A stretch of 64,000 nucleotides of DNA from Octopus vulgaris (GCA_951406725.2 OX597823.1:79174001-79238000); one strand, 5' to 3'. Positions 27,406-41,239 are shown, numbered from the stretch's first letter. Numbers and translations: made by a program. Notes: generated from the sequence alone by a model not told the origin.

Positions 27406-28088
27406 GGCATAAATATGTATATATACGTCATTCGGTATATTTAACAAGTTAAGTATCCAATACAACCATCGTTTTTGAGGCATTAGTGTGAACTAAGCTA
27501 TAATTGGCAGCTATACCTAGCAGATCAACAAATTACATAACGGCTCCTTGGATTTATTATTACTAAATGGTGATTGGAATGGAATTATTCCAATGTTTAA
27601 AATTAATCTTAGCTTAATTAGAAAAGCAGGTATATTCCTGATAATTCTTGTAATTTCCCTATACTATAGAAAATCTGCCTTGTGTGTGTGTGTGTGTGTG
27701 TGTGCGTGTGTACTTATATATATATATATATATATATATACATACATAATACATACTTACATACCTACATACATATCCGCACATATATGTATTATTCACA
27801 CGCACACACACATATATGATCCAGGCGTAGCCAAACTGTCGGCTTTTAGCTTGCTTCTTTTATTAGAATTGCAGATCTGAAGAATTCCCTTGAGGTTTCA
27901 CGTTCTTTTAAAACTGTGTTACGTTAAGACAAAGAAAGAAAGAAAAACAAATCATACACAAAAAAAAAGATGAGAAAATAAAAATAAAAAGACAATGAAA
28001 ATAATAAAATAAAAATTTAATCTACAAGGAAAGATATGGCAAATATTTCGGAAGATAAAAGTATCATCATCATCATAAATCACCATTT

Positions 28089-28089
28089 T

Positions 28090-28148
<59 letters not shown>

Positions 28149-28167
28149 GTTGCTGCTGCTGCTGCTG

Positions 28168-28198
<31 letters not shown>

Positions 28199-28253
28199 AA
28201 CTACTGCCGCTGCTACTGCTGCTGCTGCTACTACTACTGCTACTACTACTTAA

Positions 28254-28288
<35 letters not shown>

Positions 28289-28343
28289 CAAAAACGACAG
28301 CAACGATAATAACAAGTACAATAACAACAACAATAATAATAAT

Positions 28344-28374
<31 letters not shown>

Positions 28375-28393
28375 AAGAATGATGATGATGATG

Positions 28394-28438
<45 letters not shown>

Positions 28439-28440
28439 GT
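28089..28440. repeat. Compound trinucleotide microsatellite (CTA/CTG/ATA/AAG/GAT/AAT)
   Basis: Direct reading. Confidence 0.96.
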
Positions 28441-28871
28441 ACAACCACCGCAGCAACCTTCACCAACGCTACCCTCACAAACACCAGCTACACCACCCTC
28501 ACAACCTCTACCATCTTGTCATCTCTTTCTGCATCAGGGCGTATAATTTCTTTATCTTCTTCTTCTTACCCTCACACGTAATAGTTCAATCGGCAGACGA
28601 CTCAATGCTATAAACTTCTTAGAATTCAAGCGACAACCTTTCATGCACTTTCTCAGTCTCAGAAGGAAAGTATCGACCTGACATATTGCGTTATTGAATG
28701 CTCGCAGCTATTGAACTTTCTCGACGCTTTTGCTCCCACACTTAAAGAAAATACAATTGCTTGTATCCGCTTACCAGTATCGTTTGACCGCTAGATGTAA
28801 CACCTCACGTAATCATATATATATATAGGACGACACGCAAATTCGTGAAGCGTTCCATATTTACTGCATGC

Positions 28872-29025
28872 GCAGGTGTGGCTGTATGGTAAGCAGTTTG
28901 CTTCCCAACCACATGGTCACGAGTTCAATCCCGTTGTGTCGCACATTGAGATGTCTTGCCCTATAGCTCCGGACCATCCAAATTCTTCTAAGTACATTTG
29001 TTAGACAGAAACTGAAAAAAGCCCA
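28872..29025 (+). mobile_element. SINE family A, degenerate 5' half
   Basis: TGGCTGTATGGTAAGCAG...GAGTTCAATCCC...GAAACTGAAAAAAGCCC. Confidence 0.7.
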
Positions 29026-29406
29026 TATATATATATATATATATTTATGTCGTCCCCAGTCGAAAGACACCTGTTGTTATGTCCTGTTATTATTATTTTT
29101 ATTGTATTTATATTGTATTTATATTTGTATAACGTTGTCTGTTTTTCTGTCCTTGTTTTCATATACATTCGATGCTTTCTGCCAAGGAATCTAATGCTCT
29201 TAGTTTAGGTTTTCCTTGGGGCTGGCCAGATTGGAGCAATCTCAAGATTAATCAGCCGAAATTGCGAGGATGATCCGGTTCTTGACTGAGGATAGGAAGC
29301 TTCGAATGACCCGTCTTTGTTTCTTTGTATCGTCTATCTGGATGTTTTGTTGTCCCTTTTTGTATCACCTAGTTGTCCGGATGTTTTGTGTTCTTGTCCC
29401 ATTTTG

Positions 29407-29450
<44 letters not shown>

Positions 29451-30578
29451 TTGCTATTATGTTAAACTGTCGTATGTCCTGTTGGCCTAAAGCAATATAT
29501 ATCATGGTAATGTCTCAGCAAGGGTTAAGATTGTCTTAAAATAAAAAAGAACATAAATCTTGAAATTACATCTGCCCGGGGTTTACTGGGCGAAACAGTA
29601 ATTTATTCCGGCTTGGTGAAAACAAGGCTGTTGGTAAGTTGACTTTTAAGCAGATAATGATTAATCAATAGACGTTTGTATAGAAGAAGACAAAGAGAAA
29701 AAAGACGCAAGGGAGTTAATCAACGTTACAATAATTGGATGTCAAGCCGGCATTAACCTGATGTTACTGGTTTACTAAGTGTCCGGTGGTCTACTTTTGT
29801 ATTCCGACAACATGTGTCTTGGGAAATGCTGACATAAACAAAAGACCTGGTTCTTTGAATTAGCTGTATTCTTTGGAGGCTCTCAAGTCTTTTAAGATAC
29901 AGGGTTTCAAGCGAACACACGGAACATTTTTTTAGACCCGTTAATATAGGCTCAGGATTTAGAGAAGATTTGCCATTTGATATCGAAATTGGTTGCTTCC
30001 TCTATATATTACAGGAAATGAGCGAATTAAATTAACAGAAATCATATCGTGTGGTTGGTGTGTGTGCGTGTATGTAACATTAGTCTATAATGTTTTGCTT
30101 ATATATGTAGTTCATTTTCCGTAATATATTGCCTATTGTTGCAACACGGACGTAGCGTTGTAAACTACTGGACTTCAGATTTCCACCAGATTACAATCTA
30201 TCATTTAAAATTGTCGCGTCGCCATTGTGCAGATTTCTTTGAATGCATAATATTGTATCATACGGCTTCCTTTTCCACCACAAGGAAAATATAAAGTTAC
30301 ACTCTCTTCGCAATGTCCAGAAGTTAAATACAAATACAAATTTAATTTCTTTATACTCCACTATACTTCGCTTCTTCATAACCTCACGTCTGGCTAAATG
30401 ACTGTTTGCTTCTAATAGACATGATTAAATAAATATTCGTAGATCAGATTTTATATGTGTCAAAGAGATCACTATCGAGATGAATGAAACGGCAAAGAAC
30501 AAAGAGATGTCAATATATGCGCTATATCTGGTGTTACATGATGCAAATATATACGCCAATATATATATATATATATAT

Positions 30579-30750
30579 AGGCGTATTAGTAGCTGTGCGG
30601 TAAGTAGCTTGCTTTTTAGTCACATGGTTCTGGGTTGAATCTTACTGCGCGGCACCTTGCGCATGTGCCTTCTACTATAGCCTCGGGTCGACCAAAGCCT
30701 TGTGAGTGGCTTTGGTAGACGGAAACTGAAAGAAGCCCGTCGTATATATG

Positions 30751-30809
<59 letters not shown>

Positions 30810-30961
30810 ATACCTCCTCCTTGAAACCAATGTCGGTGTGTTTACGTTCCCGTAACCTAGCGGTTCGGCAAAAGAGATGGGTAGAATAAGTACCAGGTTT
30901 ACAAAGAATAAATCCTGGGGTCGATTTGTTCGACTAAAGGCGAATAAAAGAATAAAAGAAA
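30579..30961 (+). mobile_element. SINE family A
   Basis: Head, core, microsatellite and most of the tail are present. Confidence 0.87.
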
Positions 30962-31109
30962 ATAATGTATATATGCTGCCTTTATTGTACTATGTATAAT
31001 ACTTTAGTGAATAATTTAGTCTAAGGAAAATGTAGTCAAAACACGAAAAACAAATGTTACTTTTGAAATTATTTCGAATGCCTAACTATATAGAAATAGA
31101 TAGAGAGAC

Positions 31110-31178
<69 letters not shown>

Positions 31179-32635
31179 TAGGTATAGATATAGATATATA
31201 TATACCTACATATACACACATATATGTATATGATTAATGATTTCATCCTTCACAGCACAAACATTGCGAGAGCTAATTCTTCGGATGTTAATCAATTAAA
31301 TAAAAGCAAAATTGTGTCACAGAAACTTCATATACAATAATAAGTGCCAAGAAAATATAATAGACACAGTGTGTCATTCAAAGAAAGCAGCGATGTTTGT
31401 ATTGTAAATGAATGAACAAAGTTGTCAAGAATAATACTAAAGGTCAATTGACTGCTTAATTTATGATAGCCTAAGGAACATAAAATCAAGTGAAATGGAT
31501 TTTATATAGAGCTCAATAGAAAGGAAAGGAAAACAAAAGCTTGAGAGATATAATATTGACAGAACGATAAAATATATACCGAAGTACAAATGTATGGAGA
31601 CATACTCCTACACAAACAAGTAATGTAAAAATATTAATGTATTCCCATATACACCCACGTACACACAGCGAGTGTTCATATATATGTGCACATAGGATAG
31701 AAATAGAAGCGTTATATATTTATATTTATTTTGTTTAGCTGCAGAGATGCATAAAAACCTGCAAAGAGTTATAGAGCATTCGCCTGCGAGAAGGCATAGA
31801 GCATTCGTTAAATCACTATACTGTTAAACTAAATATAACTTTTCTTGTATTCGAACTTTTCTTGTATGTAAACTCTAACTAATGTTGACGTATGGCGGCG
31901 TGGTTAAGAAGCCCGCTTTACAACCGTCGAACTTCGTGTTCAGTCCTTGAGTAAGTGACTTCTACTATAGCTTCAGAACAACCAATGCCTTTTGCATAAA
32001 TGCGGTAGATAGAAAACGTGTGGAAGCCCTTCGCGTATATGTGTATTAAGTAAGAATGACAAGGTGAGTTAAGATTTTAACTCTTGGCGGCGGAGAAATG
32101 GGTTGCTGATGAATATTAATAAAATCTGACATCATTGAAGATATCACTCTATCTGACTTGCCGTGGGGAGCTTCTCTTCTTTGTCAGTCGTTAGAAAAGC
32201 GCGTGGCTAAGAGCTGTTTTGGCTGTTATTTCTAGCAATGCAGGGACTATACTTCTGTCTTTCGGTTCTAAATTGCGAATACCCACCTTCATAATTCATT
32301 TGCTATATACATATATATATTTCATACATATTTGATTAATTATATTAATCATATTTGATATACGTTTGATTAATTGATTAATTAAATTCGATTAAAGCTT
32401 GTATTAACCTCATAAAGACATGGTTTCATCCAAGAAAATACTTGCTCAATACCTAGTATTTGGTGGGGAGATTAATATCCTTATTGAATACCTATTCATA
32501 TGACCTGAGCATAATATCTTTAGAGAGAAAAAATATACCCTTCGATGTTTTATAAATGTTTATGTATTCATTACACCAGTCGAAGGTTTTATTTACCCCC
32601 TCTGAAGCTATTATGCCCAGGTCATATAGATATAG

Positions 32636-32700
<65 letters not shown>

Positions 32701-32705
<5 letters not shown>

Positions 32706-33412
32706 AATATTAAAATTACTAAGTCTCTCTAAAAGAGAACACGGCAGCGTTCCTGGAAATTAATAGTTATCGCCATACTAATATGGCATTCTTATAAAAA
32801 TAAGAATAAAGCTGTCCGCTTATTAGCTCCATGAGGCCAGCGCCTTAAGTTAGCTATTTGTATCCATATGACCCCGAAACGCGTCTGTAGCTGTCGATCA
32901 AGTAGTGTGGAGCGACTGACCTCCCTTGTTCGAAGGTTATATGGATACAGTTTGTGTATCAAATAGCTAACTTAAGGCGATGGCCTCATGGAGCTAATAA
33001 GCGGACAGCTTTATTCTTATTTTTATAAGAATGCCATATTAGTATGGCGATAACTATTAATTTCCAGGAACGCTGCCGTGTTCTCTTTTAGAGAGACTTA
33101 GTAATTTTAATATTTCTATTATTGGAAACAAGTGGATGTATTCCACCGAAACTAGGTAAATAAAACCTTCGAACAGAGATAGTCGGAAGCGACACCTACT
33201 GGTCTGACTACGCTACATTGACAAGGGGCAATACCCCGAAACGCGTCTGTAGCTGTCGATCAAGTAGTGTGGAGCGACTGACCTCCCTTGTTCGAAGGTT
33301 ATATGGATACAGTTTGTGTATCAAATAGCTAACTTAAGGCGATGGCCTCATGGAGCTAATAAGCGGACAGCTTTATTCTTATTTTTATAAGAATGCCATA
33401 TTAGTATGGCGA

Positions 33413-33418
<6 letters not shown>
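32701..33418 (+). mobile_element. Non-coding (TA)n-inserted element: inverted partial copy plus about 1.5 tandem copies of a 362-bp hammerhead-containing unit (retrozyme / PLE pseudo-LTR-like)
   Basis: About 32705-32860 is the inverted copy of about 32960-33115; 32871-33056 is directly repeated at 33233-33418; GAAACGCGTC ends at 32885 and 33247 (362 bp apart); (TA)n on both flanks. Confidence 0.85.
33212..33253 (+). ncRNA. Type I hammerhead ribozyme, U3-A8 core variant
   Basis: GCUACA-UUGACAA-GGGG-caaua-CCCC-GAAAC-GC-GUC-UGUAGC; stem I extends with internal loops to AACCUUCGAACA (33164) / UGUUCGAAGGUU (33300). Confidence 0.85.
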
Positions 33419-33444
<26 letters not shown>

Positions 33445-35295
33445 AGTGTAGATGTTTCCACATGAGTATAAGTATAAAGAAAAAAACTTGTATATGCACT
33501 TGAATAAAATATATTTACAGTAATTTAGCCGGATTCAAAATTAACAAAATTTTCAAAAGAGAAACAGCCATGCGCAAATAGAGGCACTGCGCCTACTTTG
33601 ACAGTTAGCACTCTCAAGCAAATATGAAGAATCCTGCACTAGCATTCTGTTACAAATACCCACTAAAACTTTAGAATTTTGATTAAATTCCGCCAGGACT
33701 CTCTATATTCCGTTATATTTGAAAATCACGAATTTTCTGAAACCGGTTAGGCATTTGTAATTACATTTTCCTACAGAGCATTTTCCGCTTATTTTCTTTC
33801 CGGAATTGTCAGTCATTAATGCCGGATAAAATGCTTTGTGGTATCAGTTCCGATTCTATTTTACCTCAAAGTAAATCCATCCGATTCAATCTTGCTCCTC
33901 TTACTTTTGAGATCGATAAGTTAAATGCAGCTTGAGAACAGTAGATTGCTTCAGTTATAAAAACGCTGGAGAGGATACTCTTCAGCATCGTTTTCGTCTC
34001 TGTACTGAGGAGAAAGTAGAAATCTTATTTCCTGTCATGTTACTGGAATAAATCCGTGACCTTTCTGTCAGATATGTTTGGTGTGAGATATGAGCCACAT
34101 ATAAATATAAAAGAAACACGGATTCTTAGGTTCGACAGTAAAGTTCATTCGGATACACCGATGTATATGTGTATATGCGTATACATACATACGTACAAAT
34201 ATACATATATACATACGTAAATACGTGTTTTGTGTGTGAACTGCAATGTACTCGAACCAATGAAGTTAACTTTTTTTAAATTCTCGTCATTCTTGTCTAA
34301 ACTATCACTTCTTAAATGTCATATGTGTGCATCTTCGTATATATATAGATGTATGTTTGTACGCATGCCTGTGTGTAAGTGTGTATTTATGAGTGCATTT
34401 GCGTGCTTGTGTGCATGCGTGTATGTGTCTGTTTGTGTGCTTGTGTGTGTATGTGAGATAGCATACATACACGCGCGTGAATATATGTATATATGTATGC
34501 ACACACACAGGCATATATATATATATAGTAACTGTGTGTTTCTGTGTCTAGGTGATTTTGTATATATATTTATATGTACACATGTTCACTTGTTTGCCTT
34601 TCCTTTCACCATATGATTTAAAACTACAATGTCATGCGGTGTATTACTAAATGCTACAAAGAAAAGTGTCTGTATTCTTGAAAACATGATGAAAATGAAA
34701 ACAAAAGCAAAAAAAAAAAATAAATAAAAATAAGGAAGAATTTCAAAACTAGTTTTGTTGTTTATTTCGTGAACCAAATTTATGAAAGATTATTTGGAAA
34801 CATCAAAGCTCAGGAGCTGAAAACTGAGGATTAAGAGTGAGGTGAGTGGATTAATGTTAAATCGAATACGAACTCGTGATAAGGAATTATGGCGAGTTGT
34901 AGGCGTTGTTATGGTTATTTGGTAATGTTCTATATAATGGTGAGGCAGAGGATATGTTGATGTGGAAGGCTAGAAAGAAGTTGGTTGACTAAGAGACTAT
35001 TTCAGCTATATCGACAGAAGGACCCGAATGCGTTGAAACAAAAATAGATACTTTCATTAATGAATGTAGTTTTCTATTAATTGAATTTCTAAATTTGCTT
35101 TTCAGTTGCCATAGCGGGATTTAAGTAAATTACGTAATTATTGAGTGGATGAAGTAAAGGAGTGGTATAATGAGCACAGAGACATGCGTGGGCAGACTAA
35201 TCCGTAAATTGATTCGTAAGGTGGTTGGTTAATTGACTGCGTTGAAGAATAGAGAGAAGAATAACGAATAAGTGAATATATGAGGATGCTGATAT

Positions 35296-35710
35296 TCTTT
35301 TACTCTTTTACTTGTTTCACTCATTGACTGCGGCCATGCTGGAGCACCACCTTTTGTCGAGCAAATCGACCCCAGGATTTATTCTTTGAAAGCCTAGTAC
35401 TTATTTTATCGGTCGCTTTTGCCGGACCGCTAAGTTACGAGGACGTAAACACACCAGCATCGGTTGTCAAGCGATGTTGGAGGACAAACAAAGACACACA
35501 AACATACACAAACACACACACACACACACGCATACACATATATATATACATATACACGACGGGCTTCTTTCAGTTTTCGTCTACCAAATCCACTCACAAG
35601 GCTTTGGTCGGCCCGAGGCTATTGTAGAAGACACTTGCCCAGGGTGACACACAGTGGGACTGAACCCGGAAACATGTGGCTGGTAAGCAAGCTACTTACC
35701 ACACAGCCAC
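35296..35710 (-). mobile_element. SINE family A
   Basis: Reverse complement, full length. Confidence 0.88.
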
Positions 35711-35894
35711 TGATAGATAAAAGAATAAGGGAAAGAAAATGTTAAAATAAGAATATATGATCTTGTAGGGAATGATTTACTGAAAACATGAGAGAGAGAG
35801 AGAGACAGAGACAGAGAGAGACAGAGAGGGTAAACCTCCAAATGTGTGTACTTCTTATGTTAAATCATAAATTGTTATGAGGGAGAAATATATT

Positions 35895-36108
35895 GGTTTC
35901 AAAGTTTGGTACTAGGCCGGCAATTTCGAGGAAGGAGTTAAGTCGATTACATCGCCTCTAGTACTCAAGTACTATTTATTTCATCGATCCCCACCCCGAA
36001 AGGATGAATGTCAAAATCGCCCTCGGCAGATTTTGAACTGGGAGGGAAAAAACGGACGAAACACTGCCAAGCCTTGTGTGCTAACGATTCTGCCAGCTCG
36101 CCGCTTTA
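35895..36108 (-). mobile_element. SINE family B
   Basis: CCCGAAAGGATGAA...CTAACGATTCTGCCAGCTCGCCGC. Confidence 0.78.
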
Positions 36109-36244
36109 CGGGGGAGAAATTATTACTGTACTAAGATGTACGACGGAGATGGAGAAGATAATGGGCAAGGAAGCGGCTGAGGAATTTGAATTTGACATAG
36201 TGTGTTGGTAACGGTTAAAGCTCTGATTAGATAAATAGATAGAC

Positions 36245-36305
<61 letters not shown>

Positions 36306-36322
36306 TATAGATAGATAGATAT

Positions 36323-36376
<54 letters not shown>

Positions 36377-36719
36377 GGAGAGATGGAGAGAGAGAGAGAG
36401 AGAGAGAAAGAGACGTTTTAGTGATTAGAGACAGTTGTGGATGAATGAAAGACAAGAATGTGTGTATGAGAATATAGAGGGAAACATCTGTGTAAATAAA
36501 TATGATGCTGACTCAATAGATAGCTGTCGGTAAGGGAAGCAAATGAAGGTGTACGTAAATATAGATATTAATGATAGTACGTGCAAATTACTACTTGCGA
36601 ATTAGTGCGTACTTTCTTATAATTTCTACATATAAACATTCCTGTAGTTCACCTACCAACTTCTTCGAAATTCTTAGTTTACTGTTTCTGCAATTAATTT
36701 GGACAGTCTATTCAATAGA

Positions 36720-37265
36720 CTTTTCTACTCTAGGCACAAGGCTCGAAGTTTTTGGGGAGGGGCCCAGTCTATTAGATCGACCCCACTACGCAACTGGTAC
36801 TTAATTTATCGACCCTGAAAGGATGAAAGGCAAAGTCGACCTCGGCGGAATTCGAACTCAGAACGGAAAGACAGACGAAATACTGCTAAGCATTTCTCCC
36901 GGCGTGTTAACGTTTCTTATTTCTTTATTGCTCACAAGGGGCTAAACATAGAGGAAAGAAACAAGAACAGACAAGCGGATTAAGTCGATTACATGGACCC
37001 CAGTGCACAACTGGTACTTAATTTATAGACTCCGAAAGGATGAAAGGCAAAGTCGACCTCGGCGGAATTTGAACTCAGAACGTAACGGCAGACGAAATAC
37101 TTATTTCTTTACTACCCACAAGGGGCTAAACACAAAGAGGACAAACAAGGACAGACAAACGGATTAAGTCGATTATATCGACTCCAGTGCGTAAGTGGTA
37201 CTTAATTTATGGACCTCGAAAGGATGAAAGGCAAAGTCGACCTCGGCGGAATTTGAATTCAGAAC
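36720..37265 (-). mobile_element. SINE family B, trimeric composite
   Basis: Same three-unit arrangement as 3585-4157. Confidence 0.88.
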
Positions 37266-37803
37266 CTAATATACATATTAGAGACAGGGAGAGAGTATAT
37301 AGGAATGCTGGATACTTTCGTTGTATGCAAACTGACAATGACAACTTAATGTACTCGGGGAAGAGAATAATATGTTAAACTATGGGGCTATTTCGACGAA
37401 AAGAAGGGAAACCTAGGTTATTTAGTAAATTAGTAAGATTATAAATAAGTTAGTAAATTCGTCAATAAGAATAATTCACCTTTTTCAGGCACTCGAAGAA
37501 TATGTGAATTAGTAAATTTAATTAATGGGTTGCTATGTAAATTGATTTACAAATTAATTCATGAATTAGCTAGTAAGCTGAATGCGTAAATTACTGTATA
37601 AATGCATGTCTGATGGAATGAGTGAATTAAGGAAGGTGAGAAGAAGAGAAGGGATGAAAGAAAGGAAGGAATGCATGAACGATCGGATGTAGAAATACAA
37701 TATGACAAGGAGAGAGGGATTTCCCTGAAGGTGGCTCGAAATAAGGTTGGGTCAGATAAAATTGAATTTTTTGGGGCGCTAGATCAAGAATTTAAATGAA
37801 TCT

Positions 37804-38018
37804 TCAATAAATGAATTAATTTGTAAACATGCTAATTAGCACGCTGACATGTAGTAGATTGAATGTGCAAGGACAGAGGAATGCAAAAATAGGATATGAA
37901 GAAATGAGAATCATCAATAAATGAATTAATTTGTAAACATGCTAATTGGCACGCTGACATGTAGATTGAATGTGCAAGGACAGAGGAATGCAAAAATAGG
38001 ATATGAAGAAATGAGAAT
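37804..38018 (+). repeat. 110-bp tandem duplication
   Basis: TCAATAAATGAATTAATTTGTAAACATGC...GAAATGAGAAT occurs at 37804 and 37914. Confidence 0.9.
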
Positions 38019-39647
38019 TTAAACTGCCATTCAATCAAATATGTATACCCTTATTTATTTTGGTAGCCTGATGAAGCTGGGTTGGGATTTATGTAAAATA
38101 TTACCCCTATGCCGCTGTATGGCACGCGGCAAGCATAAATAGGACTACCTAAGATAGACATTAAATGATATTTCATATTATATCCATTCATTGGGCCCCT
38201 TCGCCCACTCATGTAAAGAGTTATTTTCTGCAGATTTATATCCGAGTGTTAGTGTTCTATTTGGAAATTGTTGGAGATATTCATCCAAGAACTGCTTGAA
38301 TTCCATGAAATCTTTTTCTTCATTTATGTGTCTTGGCATGATTTAAAAGAGAGCAACGCCAGATGACGTGAAGCAGTTCTGCATTAATGTTGTGTTGTGA
38401 CGTTAGTATGATTTTGATTTTTGTGCAGGACGGATGGCACAGGAAAGGACCAGAACTAGGGGAAAATATGAAGTTGATGACGATACCATTTAGGCAACGT
38501 TGTTAGAATATTTTCCGCATCATACAAATAATATAATATTCAGGCAGCCTTGGAGAGAATAAATTTTGAGCCTCTCGATCCGGCCTCAAAAATCAAGTCC
38601 TGTTATATCGATTTTTGTGATTGACCGCTGGTGTGTTTCAAGTTTTATAATACTTTGTTTCGTCAGGAGAAACCACGACTAACAACTTTATTCAAGATAG
38701 GCGACCAAAGGTAGAAAAGGTAGAAAAGGGAAGTATAATATTGGGAGCCTCTCCCGCCCAGGGAGTCCTGAAGAACTAGCAGCACGCTTTGAGAGCTACA
38801 TCTAGCTACTCTGGGGTCCCTAGTGGTGTTTGATACGATGTGGTTTTAGCCACGGGGTAAGAGTGTATGGCAGCTTAAGTGCAGCTTCTTTACTGAAGTG
38901 GGTTGATTCAAATCTATTCTCGTTCAGTGGTATGTTGTATTTTCCGTTGATTAGATAGCAACAGGTAGATCCGATTGGAGATTTGTCCTATCTCCCACTC
39001 TATCGACGCCTTTCAGAAACTTATAATTATCCGTGATAGATAGATAGATAGATAGATAGTTAGATAGATAGATACATACATACATACATACATACATACA
39101 TACATACACACATATACATACATACATACATACATACATACATACATACATACATACATACTTACACACATACACATATATGTCTGTGTACATGTGCGAT
39201 GTGTGTTTCTAAGTGTGTGTGTGTGTGTTTGTGCAAGTGTGTTTGTGCATGTGTCTGTGTTTGTGCGTGTGTTTGTGCATGCGTGTGTGTGTGTGTGTGC
39301 GTGCGTGTCTGCGTGTGTTTCTGTGTGTTATAGACCCAATCCGATATGCAAGTTCAGTGTCGGCTCAAAATAAAGCCGAAATATTTAAAATCAAAGTGTA
39401 CTCTTTTGATTACAATTTACTCAGAAAGTTTCTTGAAAATTATTTCGTTCTTTCGTTAAAATACACCTTCCCAATGCAATTTCAGAAACACTAGACTTTA
39501 GAAAACAGGCCCAGAGTGGTAGTTGAGCTGCAGGATAAAATTTGTATTGTTCTTTGCCGAAAGATCATGAAGGCAATGTGTTGCCGCAGTGCATCATCCA
39601 GCCTTGATTCCTCCGTGTCACACACTTATCCATCGTATTGCCTTTCT

Positions 39648-40035
39648 TAGTTAGTTAGTTAGTTAGTTAATTTTTTGGCTCAAAAAGCAAAAAGCAAGGC
39701 CATGTAGGGAGACATGGAGCTATGTACAGGGTGGTGTTCAGGTAAAGAGTTCAGGCCACTTGAGGTCAAGGGAGACCTTGAACCGAGCGGTCGTCGGCAT
39801 CTTCACCATCTCGTCTGGCAGCTTATTCCACGGAACCGCAACCCGGACGGAGAAAGCCCCTCTCCTTCGATTGAGATGAAATCGTCGCAGATAGAGCTTT
39901 TCGGAATGACCCCGCAGCCGACGCTCTGGAGCAGGAGTGAAGAACAGTTCTTTCGAGAGGTTACACTTTCCGCTTATGATGTGAGCAAGAATGAGATCTC
40001 CACGGTGTCGTCGTTTTTCTAGAGAATATTCCAAG
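39648..40035 (-). mobile_element. 5'-truncated CR1/L2-group LINE 3' end
   Basis: ORF2 C-terminus SLEKRRHRGDLI...LRGHSEKL...FSVRVAVPWNKLP...FKVSLD, short 3' UTR and (TAAC)n tail. Confidence 0.88.
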
Positions 40036-40990
40036 ATACCATCGCAAACTGTTTATTCATCGGCTATTCACGTGGAGCGAACTCACGATGAATGGTACCA
40101 TATTAGAATAAAAAAAGAAAGAAAGAATATTATGATCAACATCAACTTCGCATTTGTGCAACTTTGCCTCCAAGCATATGCTATGACTGTCCTTTTATTA
40201 TCAGATCTTAGAAGAAATAGCCTCGTTTCGTCGCTTGTTGTAAGAATTTTTCAAATTCTTCTTTCAGATATCGACTGATGGAATATCACGTCAACGATTG
40301 TGATCAATTCTCTTTCAGTTCATTAGACGGAAATCGCATTTGAAATGACACGATTTTTTTCAATTCATACAAAATCATAGCAATTGAATTGCTGTTGTTG
40401 TTTAATTCAGTGTATAGTCCAGCGACAAATGATAGCACGCATAGTCGACATGTCTTCATTCAAAGTTTGAGTTGAAGGATGTCGATATTTCAAACATCTT
40501 CGGTGTATATTCTTAGCGATTTGAAATTAATTCAAGCACGACACGGAATATTGAATACGCCTTAGACATTCTTCCTATATCTATCTTTATTGCAAAATTA
40601 AAAAAATTTCCCTAAATATTTTGCACCCTTTGAAACAAATATTCATACAAACACGAAAAAGTATACAAAAGAGTTTCCAAATTTGAAAGAACATTTCAAG
40701 CAGGTACGTTTCTCTCCCAGATTCTTCAGCCTTCCAGTAGAACAAATCACCCACTGCAGTAAAGTTGTGATGTGCAAAAAGGTGTTCAAGGTTTCCAAAT
40801 TTCTGGCATGTTGAACTGTGTCATGTTCTTCTTTTCTGACAAACTGTGCCCAACTGACCATACTATACTGTGTAGGGGACAAAATAATGCGCATGCGCAA
40901 AATAAAAAAATACTGAGGGGCGACAATTTACCCATCGCACACGGCATGTGCGTGCGTGTGTGTTTGTGTCTGTATGTGTGACTGTGCGTG

Positions 40991-41026
<36 letters not shown>

Positions 41027-41181
41027 ATAAAGGGTGGAATATAATTAATTTAATAAAATTAATCAATTTCACCTAGTAGATTTATCGGTATGGAAAAGAC
41101 CATATTTGGTAAGGGTTATAATAATTATAAATAAGGGTTAAATGAAACAAGTTGCTCAAAACCGCATACCGAATAGGAAAT

Positions 41182-41239
41182 ATTATATTGACAAGGAAAT
41201 GAACCTTCGGTTCTAATCCAGAAACGAGTCGTCTATAAT
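41182..41239 (+). ncRNA. Type I hammerhead ribozyme, U3-A8 variant (copy 1)
   Basis: AUUAUA-UUGACAA-GGA-aau-GAACC-uuc-GGUUC-uaa-UCC-A-GAAACG-agu-CGUC-UAUAAU; predicted cleavage after C41233. Confidence 0.75.

Noticed and set aside
28036-28581. 181-aa ORF with poly-L/I/K/D/N runs, and the many YI, CV, HT and LSIY repeat ORFs elsewhere
   Set aside because: These are translations of microsatellites, open only because the repeats lack stop codons.
38060-38150. GGTAGC-CTGATGA-AGC possible hammerhead start
   Set aside because: No correctly placed GAAA or stem III downstream.
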